From sequence record PZ154896.1: a stretch of DNA of 64,000 nucleotides; one strand, given 5' to 3'. The stretch's first letter is position 1. The number at the start of each line of letters is the position of its first letter. Position numbers and translations under genes: made by a program. Shown piece by piece: positions 26,628 to 34,481 of the stretch. This stretch comes from a phage. The notes under the pieces are model-generated. The model had not been told where the DNA came from and did not search any database. It saw nothing but the letters and a program-made list of their open reading frames with translations.

Positions 26628-27792
26628 CGAAATCTTCCATTTCGTCAAGGTCGTTTTCTATATCTGCTGCAGACGGAGCATCAGAAGTTTTAACCGGAAC
26701 TTTAGTTGTTGCTTTGCAATTAATAAGGTCGTTAACAGCATCATCAACTTCTTTAATAGAAGAGATAGCACCTAGTTTATATTTAGTTTCAATTGCATCT
26801 CGGAAAGGTTTGTGTTTAAACAACGGTCCCCAGAATTCTACACAATCAGTAGCTTTAGCACGCCATGATTTTTCTTCACGAATCATTTCGCCTGTTTCTT
26901 CGTCAAGGAATTCGCGAGCATACCACCCGGCTTTAGGCTTAACTACAAAACCAATTTCAGTTGCCATTTCTAACAAGCCACTGAATGGGTCAATACCACC
27001 ATCGAAATTAACCGTGATTGGGAAAGTAGATTTTTCTTTAACGGTGCGAGATTTTTCCGCTTTCAACGTGAAGTCATAACCGGTCAATTCTGTACCTTCT
27101 TTAACCTGACGTTTAGAGATAAAAAATACCGTGTTGGCAGAATAAAGAATACCTGTACCACCACCCATAATCTCTTTAGGATACAATCCGCCGATTTCCA
27201 TTGCTGTATGGTTGATTGCAACACATGGAATATCTTTAATAGTCAGATACGGGGTCACAATGCGGAACAGAGATTTAAGTGCCTTAGCACGAGACATATC
27301 ACCTACAACTTTCTCGTTCAATGCATCTTCGGTTTCTTTCTTAGACGCAGTATTACCGATTGAATCGATAAAGATAATAACTTTATCACCGCGTTCAATC
27401 GCGTCAAGCTGATTAGTCATATCAACTTTAAGTTGTTCGACAGATTGAATCGGAGTATGAACTACACGGTCTAAATCAACACCCATTGAACGAAAATAAG
27501 ATTCTGAAGCACCAAATTCCGAATCATAGAACAAACAAATTGCATCTTTATATTTCTTCATATATGCTGCAACCATGGTCAGTCCAAACAACGTTTTAAA
27601 GTGTTTAGAAGGAGCAGCAAAAATAGTTAAGCCTGATTGCAACCCAGCATTCAGTGCACCACCTAATGCAATATTCAACATCGGAATACGAGTAGGGACT
27701 TCATCACGATTATTAAACAGCTTAGACTTGGTCAAGTCTGCAGTCATTTTAGAAGTAGAAGCTTTAATCAGACGAGATTTTAAATCAGACAT
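26620..27792 (-). CDS. uvsX: UvsX recombinase (RecA-like)
   Basis: 390 aa; MSDLKSRLIKASTSKMTADLTKSKLFNN... matches T4 UvsX. Confidence 0.95.
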   Translation of the reverse strand: MSDLKSRLIKASTSKMTADLTKSKLFNNRDEVPTRIPMLNIALGGALNAGLQSGLTIFAAPSKHFKTLFGLTMVAAYMKKYKDAICLFYDSEFGASESYFRSMGVDLDRVVHTPIQSVEQLKVDMTNQLDAIERGDKVIIFIDSIGNTASKKETEDALNEKVVGDMSRAKALKSLFRIVTPYLTIKDIPCVAINHTAMEIGGLYPKEIMGGGTGILYSANTVFFISKRQVKEGTELTGYDFTLKAEKSRTVKEKSTFPITVNFDGGIDPFSGLLEMATEIGFVVKPKAGWYAREFLDEETGEMIREEKSWRAKATDCVEFWGPLFKHKPFRDAIETKYKLGAISSIKEVDDAVNDLINCKATTKVPVKTSDAPSAADIENDLDEMEDFDE

Positions 27793-27891
27793 TGTATTTT
27801 TCCATAGGCATCATTATATTTTACTCATGTTTAAAAGATAAGACGATTATATACTAACGGTTATACAGCATTTAAAACTTTAAACAGGCTC

Positions 27892-28440
27892 TTAACGAGC
27901 CCATTTGATAATTTCTGTAATCAAATAATTACGTTCGCTTGCATTAAATCCTATAACTTTGTTAGCGCCATCATGATTAAGTAATTGATACGTTTGGATT
28001 TCGTTATGAATTGCAAACTCTTCAAAATATGAAATGACTGTATTAAACCCGAATGAAGACAAAGTAATAAGGTCGTCTTCAAAACTTTCAGTCATTTCGT
28101 TACGTGTTAAAATAATTGTGAACACATCATGGTTTTGGCAAAGACGAACATAATCCTGTTCATAAACGTCGAGAACCGAGTCCGCATCTTGTCGAATACG
28201 TCCATAAACCCAGTTACTAATATATCCACGGTCTAGCAGATAAATCTTAGTAGGGTCTAAATAATTCAACATCGTTTCGAAACAGCCAACTTCATTTCGA
28301 GACTTAACATCGAAACGTCCATCAACTGTTCGTTTAGGGAAATCAATCTTTACATATCTTTCACTAATTTCCATTATGTCATTAATGAAAGTTGTTTTAC
28401 CAGCATTATCCGGGCCATCTACTAAAATAATTTTAGCCAT
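27892..28440 (-). CDS. P-loop kinase, thymidylate/dNMP-kinase-like fold, substrate unknown
   Basis: 182 aa; Walker A ILVDGPDNAGKTT and LDRGY motif. Confidence 0.6.
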   Translation of the reverse strand: MAKIILVDGPDNAGKTTFINDIMEISERYVKIDFPKRTVDGRFDVKSRNEVGCFETMLNYLDPTKIYLLDRGYISNWVYGRIRQDADSVLDVYEQDYVRLCQNHDVFTIILTRNEMTESFEDDLITLSSFGFNTVISYFEEFAIHNEIQTYQLLNHDGANKVIGFNASERNYLITEIIKWAR

Positions 28441-28441
28441 T

Positions 28442-29341
28442 TTATTCCTCGATTACGACATCTTCATATTTAGGTATATTATACGGCGAAGAAATTAAAG
28501 CATTAAAGTAGATGAACTCACCAAGACCTGGATGGAATACTTCTTCAGGATTTTCGAAATATTGAATCTTCGGTCGTCCTTTAAGAATTTGATAGTACTC
28601 AGTTTTAGTTGGTTTAAAAATTCGAATCAGCGCTTCTTCAGGATACTTATTTCTGTCGAAGCTATTATTTGGATCGGTTATATAAAGCGGTTGACCTAAT
28701 TGAATTGCACATTCAACCACTTGTTCAAAACGATAACACGGGTCACTAATTCGAAATGGATGAAAAATACCATCTAGATGAATAGGAGCCAAATCACCTA
28801 CAAGACGCTGCATGATGGAAGGACGTATAACTTTCTGGGTTACGATAATCTTATTACCATCGGCACCAGCGTTAACCAGCACTTCCTTTTGACGTTTATT
28901 CAACACAGTAGTTTGAAGTGAACGATTAACCGACAGCATGTCGGTTTTTAAGAATTCGTCAATATAAAAACGTGGTTTATTAGGGTCTGCAGTGATATTG
29001 AAATTGAATTCCACATCAAAAGCGCCGTCATATCCAGTGATATCTGTGATTAGAAAATCACAATCATAATAAGCAATTAATGAATCAACAACAAATTCAT
29101 TTTCAGACCAGAAATATTTACGAGTGTTATACGCGTTATCTTTATACCATAATGGAACAAACTTAAATTCCGGAAAAAGACGTTCACATTCTTTAATATC
29201 AGATGCATTACGTGGATATGTAATCACATCACCTGGATTAGCACGGTGCAAATGAAGTTGGAAGTTGCCATCCTTAAGGATAGCATACTGTCCAGTTTCA
29301 TAAGACCGCATACTCAAGATAGGTACGCGGAAAATAGCCAT
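28442..29341 (-). CDS. Hypothetical enzyme (299 aa) occupying the T4 beta-gt slot
   Basis: ORF track; between 42 and uvsX; no match to T4 beta-gt as remembered. Confidence 0.5.
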   Translation of the reverse strand: MAIFRVPILSMRSYETGQYAILKDGNFQLHLHRANPGDVITYPRNASDIKECERLFPEFKFVPLWYKDNAYNTRKYFWSENEFVVDSLIAYYDCDFLITDITGYDGAFDVEFNFNITADPNKPRFYIDEFLKTDMLSVNRSLQTTVLNKRQKEVLVNAGADGNKIIVTQKVIRPSIMQRLVGDLAPIHLDGIFHPFRISDPCYRFEQVVECAIQLGQPLYITDPNNSFDRNKYPEEALIRIFKPTKTEYYQILKGRPKIQYFENPEEVFHPGLGEFIYFNALISSPYNIPKYEDVVIEE

Positions 29342-30057
29342 TAGTCAAGGAATCCTTTAACATAATCAAAATCACGTTCAAACACATGGGCACTTACCAT
29401 GGTATGAGTATAATCACCAACTTCTACACCACATTCGTTAGCGATATAATGAAGTAATTTTCCTTGGAGATAAAAATCCAACTGCATAACAACAGCACAG
29501 TTCTGAGAACGCATATGACAGTGGGTATAAAGCTTACCATCACGAATATAATAAGTCACTGAGTCAGTACATGGATATTCAAGTGTTTCGTCCGAATCAA
29601 GCAAAGCCTGATCTGAACTTTCAAGAATTTGAAACACAACTCTTCGTGAATTAGGTTTCTCTTTAAGTTCTTTTAGAAGAGCTGGTAATTGGGCCGCAAT
29701 GCGAGGACCATAGAAAGTGTTGAAGTTCGCCGGCAAAACATCTGATTTTGGTTTAGAAATAAATTTAGCGACATTAGGATATGCCTTAAACGCTTCTTCT
29801 GCGTTGGTACCGCCAGAAATCATAAACTTCCAGAAGTCTTCGGCATATTCATAAGAGATGCGGTTAATACGTGGGTCGGTCATTTTGAATGTTGACGGGG
29901 TATCAACAACTACTGTCATAGACCCAATTTCATTACAACGTCCAATACGAGAATCAGTTACGAATTCCGGGTTTTCTAAAATTTCACGATTGACTGCTTT
30001 AAATGCGGTTTGAAAATCTGCGGCTTTGATATATTTCATTGTGTTATGTTTTCCCAT
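29341..30057 (-). CDS. 42: dCMP hydroxymethylase (thymidylate-synthase fold)
   Basis: 238 aa; NSRRVVFQI...CTDSVTYYIRDGKLYTHCHMRSQNCAV... homologous to T4 gp42. Confidence 0.8.
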   Translation of the reverse strand: MGKHNTMKYIKAADFQTAFKAVNREILENPEFVTDSRIGRCNEIGSMTVVVDTPSTFKMTDPRINRISYEYAEDFWKFMISGGTNAEEAFKAYPNVAKFISKPKSDVLPANFNTFYGPRIAAQLPALLKELKEKPNSRRVVFQILESSDQALLDSDETLEYPCTDSVTYYIRDGKLYTHCHMRSQNCAVVMQLDFYLQGKLLHYIANECGVEVGDYTHTMVSAHVFERDFDYVKGFLD

Positions 30058-30076
30058 GTTTACCTCAATACAATTT

Positions 30077-30100
30077 ATTATATACTCAATTCGTAAAGCT
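30077..30100 (-). promoter_or_regulatory. Candidate MotA-type middle promoter for gene 42 (aGCTTTA, 11 nt, TATAAT); second MotA-box-like copy ~30133-30139
   Basis: Direct repeat cgtaaagctt twice upstream of gene 42. Confidence 0.35.
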
Positions 30101-30178
30101 TATTTGAATTTCTTGATAATGTTGATATAACGTAAAGCTTCAGCATCGATACTTCCAAGAACACTATGAAGAAATGCA

Positions 30179-30340
30179 TCAGCGTAGTATTCCAATTGAA
30201 CAGGTTTCTTTAATCACTTTAGCCGCTTTAGTTTCAAACAGGCCCATCAGGGCCTTTTTAAGAATTTGTTCGTTGCTGTTAATTTTCGTAGTCAAAATCT
30301 CTTCATTAAGTTGGTGGTTAAAAGTTTTTCTAGAAATCAT
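30179..30340 (-). CDS. Small protein (53 aa) translationally coupled to the 386-aa gene
   Basis: Hand-translated MISRKTFNHQLNEEILTTKINSNEQILKKALMGLFETKAAKVIKETCSIGILR; ATGA overlap with upstream stop. Confidence 0.4.
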   Translation of the reverse strand: MISRKTFNHQLNEEILTTKINSNEQILKKALMGLFETKAAKVIKETCSIGILR

Positions 30341-31497
30341 TCCGGGTACCTCAAAGCGTCATCAGAGTTAGTTATATCAATAATAGATATAGAGTTTTCT
30401 GCTAACCCGTTTTTAGATAATTGACGTTTATAATATCTTTCACAATATGTACACGTCGTCCCGCAGATTTCATTAGCACAATCGAAATCTGGATGTCTGA
30501 ACCACCTTTTTTCTAAAAAGCCATCTAACAAAGAGGTTTCAATATTTACTGTATGTGAAAACTCTGTCTCATTTTCAAGAGTGAAAATGGTCTCTAAAGG
30601 CTTCCACAGTTCTAACAAATTACCTTCAAACTTTTCAGAAGCATAAGCTTCAAGAACTTTCAAAATGTAGTCTGTGCTACCTGTACGTCCTGAAACTTTG
30701 AATTGAGTGATACCAATATCATTATAAAGTTTCAAATCTTGAGGACGAACAAAACGAGTTCTCAACCAGTTAAATGGATCTGTATCACGAGCTTTAATAC
30801 AGTGCTGCATTGGATATCCATTTAAAGATTTGGCATCATCTACTGTAACATCGGTGCTATGGAAAATATAGCAAGAGTCACGATAACTACAATGTGTTGT
30901 ATACCCTTTACCAGCATTAGAACAGAACTCATTTACAAGAACTTCAAATATTATATTGTTCTTATTACAAAACTCTGCTGCACGCTTCAGGAAAGAAACT
31001 GAACGGTTCTTATGAATTCCGCAGCAGACCTTTTTGATATTATATTGGTCATGCAAGTATTTGATTTGAGTTACAGCATCGACATGTAGAATTGTTGAAA
31101 CTTCAATCTCAATGTCTTTATTGACTTCACGAACAATTTCCATAACAACAGGGTTAGCGATAGTAATACGCCATACGCCTATTGACCAAAGATACTGAAC
31201 ATAATCCTGAATAGCTTTCTTCTTCCACTCAACTAGTTCTCTTTTTGAACCAGGATTTATCGTGTTGAGTGTATAGTTAAAGCAAATACCTAATTCGTTA
31301 CAACGTTTAACGTAATCTTCTAACATCTTTTTGTCAACGTCAGGAAGCCTAAAATCAGGTCTGGCTGCTACAAAAGCCATTTCTCTTGTAGAGCCGTATA
31401 CTTCGTTTATCAAGCTATTAGGATAAGTTTTATTGAGCTCTACGATTTTATCAAGAAGAGCTAAATCAAAATTCGTTCCGATTTTAAAAGTATTCAT
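30337..31497 (-). CDS. Cys-rich putative enzyme (386 aa), unknown fold; C-terminal Cx4Cx3Cx2C metal-binding-like motif
   Basis: ORF track; CANEICGTTCTYC motif; member of sugar-pathway gene block. Confidence 0.55.
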   Translation of the reverse strand: MNTFKIGTNFDLALLDKIVELNKTYPNSLINEVYGSTREMAFVAARPDFRLPDVDKKMLEDYVKRCNELGICFNYTLNTINPGSKRELVEWKKKAIQDYVQYLWSIGVWRITIANPVVMEIVREVNKDIEIEVSTILHVDAVTQIKYLHDQYNIKKVCCGIHKNRSVSFLKRAAEFCNKNNIIFEVLVNEFCSNAGKGYTTHCSYRDSCYIFHSTDVTVDDAKSLNGYPMQHCIKARDTDPFNWLRTRFVRPQDLKLYNDIGITQFKVSGRTGSTDYILKVLEAYASEKFEGNLLELWKPLETIFTLENETEFSHTVNIETSLLDGFLEKRWFRHPDFDCANEICGTTCTYCERYYKRQLSKNGLAENSISIIDITNSDDALRYPE

Positions 31498-31552
31498 TTT
31501 TACATCTCGCGTTAATTGATGCGATGGTTTTTTGCAGGTCTTACTTAAATTA

Positions 31553-31939
31553 TTATAGATTCGGTTTATATGATTTAAATGTTTCGAATTCGCCTTTATT
31601 CATAAGAGCTTTGAATTCGTCAGGACGCATAGCTTTGTCGTCGATAATCCAATCATATACTGGTTTATGTGTTAGCAAATTATGGTACTTCAATCCAATG
31701 TTTGCCAAGTTCTGAATCAGACTTGGGAGAATGTCAATTGCTATACGACCAGGACCTACTGACTTCATACCGCGAGCAGTGTAAAGCGTTATTGTATGCC
31801 CTGCATCATACAGGGCATTAATGGCAGACACCATTTCGACGTCTGGTTTGAAGTTCACGTAATCACGATTGTTATTCCACTCTGTTATACAATCATCGAC
31901 ATCAAAACAAAGATTAAGCATGTTTTTTACACGGTGCAT
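31553..31939 (-). CDS. HAD-superfamily small phosphatase
   Basis: Motif I FDVDDCIT, motif III/IV HKPVYDWIIDDK; start ATG overlaps upstream stop (TAATG). Confidence 0.6.
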   Translation of the reverse strand: MHRVKNMLNLCFDVDDCITEWNNNRDYVNFKPDVEMVSAINALYDAGHTITLYTARGMKSVGPGRIAIDILPSLIQNLANIGLKYHNLLTHKPVYDWIIDDKAMRPDEFKALMNKGEFETFKSYKPNL

Positions 31940-33624
31940 TAGATTCGTTCCCATTGATGAGTGATATCGCCACCGATTGGACGATAGGAAACACCAGTTT
32001 CTTTATCAGTTAGTACCCATTTACCAGGATTTTTTGTAATCAGAGTAGCCGTTACAGGTTCTGCTACGTCATAACTAATAGAGCCGTCCTGAAGTACACG
32101 GCCCATGTTACGTAATTGCTTAGTCAGAAGTTCCATACCTTTATAATATGCGGCTACCGCTTTAAGTGGATTATTCTTGAAATAACCACCTAATGCAATC
32201 CAGATAATTGCTACAGCCAAATGATGATACTCGTTAAACGAACTCATCTTTCCATATTTGTAAACTAATGGATTGATGTTAATAGTCACATTACAAGTTG
32301 TTTCATCAATAGTAAACTGTCCCCAGGTCGGATTAGCATTGAATTCATCATAACCTGAAACAGCATAAAGCACTTTAGCTTCATCATACAATTTTGGCCC
32401 GTAAATCTTGGTTTCGCCAAAATATCCACGAGGGTCGATAAACTTGACTTCACCATTATCAGTAATCATAGTATTACTGAAGTTCGGGTCGCCATGAATA
32501 ACAGAGTACTGTCCCTGAGAACGGTTATGATAACGAATAAGGTGTTCTAAAGCTTGTTTCAGCATTGGCTTCAGACGCCCAATCTTAGTGTAGTTCACAT
32601 GTGTGATTTTACCAAATGAATCAATCAATGGTTGAATACTTTCACAACGATCAATAACTTTCGTATAGAACTCTTTAGTGAAATCACGACGAACAGTTTC
32701 AGGACTTACAAAATAAGTGTCTGTGCTGAATTTCAGTGCGTCTAAAATTGCATCAACAATTTGTGGACGAGCAAGACTCGATTTGGATTTAATATATTCA
32801 AATGCCGGCTTACCTTTAATGCGTTCCATTTCAAAGTTATTTTCATTAACAGAAACTAACTGAGGAACTGAATCTGATTTCACTTTAAGATACCATGAAA
32901 TCTCATCTTTCTGAAGAGCTCGGCCCTGTTCGGTTAATGCGAATTTAGTTACAGTTTCTTCACCGATTTCAACTGCATTAAAACTACGATTAAGTTCACG
33001 AACTTCATGAGCCTTTTCAAGTTTAGGCATATCACCTAAATCAATTAGATTCATAAGCTCTGATTTATTGAATGCGCTGCCGTAAAGGAATTCTACGAAA
33101 TCACGTCCTTTGCAGTATTCATGAATTTCCTCATCAGTAGAACCCATATAGAATTCCCAGTCTTTGAACTGATAAATTCCTACAACATTACCACCTGTTG
33201 AACCTACGTTAGTGATATTTTCACCGTCGAAATTATATCGACATTCGTCACCCTTAACATAGATTGCGTTAACATTCCAAGACCATGAACCAAAATCAGG
33301 AATAATATCACACCAGTTAACAATTACATTATGGCCGTCTAAATCTTTGTGTAATTTAGCAAGAGCATAAGCAGAACCATATGCTTCATCAACTGTACGA
33401 ATAGTCACATTGAACCCTTCTTGCTCACAATAAGCTCGAACAGTTTCAGCAAATTTTGAATGAACTACTACAATAATTTCATCTGCGCCAAGGTCAGAAT
33501 AAATTGTATACAAATTGCTCAGAATAGTGTCTTGTTTATAGTTAACAAGCACCTTAGGAATATGATGCGTTATTGGATACAAACGAGTTGCCAGTCCAGC
33601 ACCAAGAATAACAGCTTTTTTCAT
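31939..33624 (-). CDS. Bifunctional sugar-1-phosphate nucleotidyltransferase (N-term) / APH-ChoK-fold kinase (C-term)
   Basis: 561 aa; N-term AVILGAGLATRLYPITHHIPKVLV; C-term HGDPNFSNTMI...IDPRGYFG kinase motifs. Confidence 0.7.
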   Translation of the reverse strand: MKKAVILGAGLATRLYPITHHIPKVLVNYKQDTILSNLYTIYSDLGADEIIVVVHSKFAETVRAYCEQEGFNVTIRTVDEAYGSAYALAKLHKDLDGHNVIVNWCDIIPDFGSWSWNVNAIYVKGDECRYNFDGENITNVGSTGGNVVGIYQFKDWEFYMGSTDEEIHEYCKGRDFVEFLYGSAFNKSELMNLIDLGDMPKLEKAHEVRELNRSFNAVEIGEETVTKFALTEQGRALQKDEISWYLKVKSDSVPQLVSVNENNFEMERIKGKPAFEYIKSKSSLARPQIVDAILDALKFSTDTYFVSPETVRRDFTKEFYTKVIDRCESIQPLIDSFGKITHVNYTKIGRLKPMLKQALEHLIRYHNRSQGQYSVIHGDPNFSNTMITDNGEVKFIDPRGYFGETKIYGPKLYDEAKVLYAVSGYDEFNANPTWGQFTIDETTCNVTININPLVYKYGKMSSFNEYHHLAVAIIWIALGGYFKNNPLKAVAAYYKGMELLTKQLRNMGRVLQDGSISYDVAEPVTATLITKNPGKWVLTDKETGVSYRPIGGDITHQWERI

Positions 33625-33665
33625 GTTGTGGTCCTCATTGGTAAGTAGGAGTATTGTACACTATT

Positions 33666-33809
33666 CTAGTTAAAGCATTCATACTTTGCTTGTAGTCCAA
33701 TCATAATCCATCCGATTACAAGTGTTGGAATCATTACTGGAGCCGTTAAGCTCCAGTAGATAGTCATGATAAGCATCAATAGTAAAAGTCCTATTGTTAT
33801 TGCTTTCAT
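33666..33809 (-). CDS. Small membrane protein (47 aa) coupled to isomerase gene
   Basis: Hand-translated MKAITIGLLLLMLIMTIYWSLTAPVMIPTLVIGWIMIGLQAKYECFN; ATGA overlap. Confidence 0.4.
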   Translation of the reverse strand: MKAITIGLLLLMLIMTIYWSLTAPVMIPTLVIGWIMIGLQAKYECFN

Positions 33810-34441
33810 TGTTCGCCTCGTAACATGGCACCTAGTGCACCACCAGGGTGGAACTTAAGGAAGTCATTAGAGGTAAATCCACGCTCAGACGAAAGGTTGA
33901 TAGCAAACGTATCGATAAGCGCTAACAACAATGTAGTGGACATAGTCGGAGCCAGAGAATTCTCATCAACCTCTACTGCGATGCCTGTACAGAAAGAGTA
34001 ATCAAAAAGGGCTTCATTTTCTTGTGGAATGTCTGGGTTACAATGCAACAGAATCTGTTTGACGTTCGGACGAATCATTTTAAGATGCTTAGCCACGCCT
34101 ATCATTTCTTCAGTTTTACCAGAACGACTAATATGAATCAACACATCATTAGGCGCAATGAATCCTGCATCACCGTGAGAATAATGCCCGGTGTTCAAGT
34201 ACATACTCGGGATACCGAGTGAAGCAAATGTCTCAGAAGCTTTAGTTGCAATATTAGCATTCTTACCAACACCTGTAATAATTACTCGGCTTTCATAATT
34301 ACTAAGTCCGGGGCGTCGAAGAGTTTCTAGAATAGCATTATAACGAGCAGGGTTTTGACTAATTACTTTGGCCATAGCGGCCAAAGAAGAAGCTTGTTTT
34401 ATGATTGCGTCAATAGCGATAGTAATAGGAGTAGTTTTCAT
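33806..34441 (-). CDS. SIS-domain sugar-phosphate isomerase, KdsD/GutQ-like (arabinose-5-phosphate isomerase-like), no CBS domains
   Basis: 211 aa; ITGVGKNANIATK...HGDAGFI...ISRSGKTEE...LAPTMSTT...FHPGGALG parallels KdsD SIS motifs. Confidence 0.7.
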   Translation of the reverse strand: MKTTPITIAIDAIIKQASSLAAMAKVISQNPARYNAILETLRRPGLSNYESRVIITGVGKNANIATKASETFASLGIPSMYLNTGHYSHGDAGFIAPNDVLIHISRSGKTEEMIGVAKHLKMIRPNVKQILLHCNPDIPQENEALFDYSFCTGIAVEVDENSLAPTMSTTLLLALIDTFAINLSSERGFTSNDFLKFHPGGALGAMLRGEQ

Positions 34442-34481
34442 ATTTCTCTCATTTAATTAGTTTACCGTCCATGTCATTATA

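Noticed and set aside
27897-27911. Hairpin ggctc-ttaac-gagcc as terminator upstream of uvsX
   Set aside because: It lies inside the 3' end of the kinase coding sequence and lacks a clean U-tract; may be coincidental.
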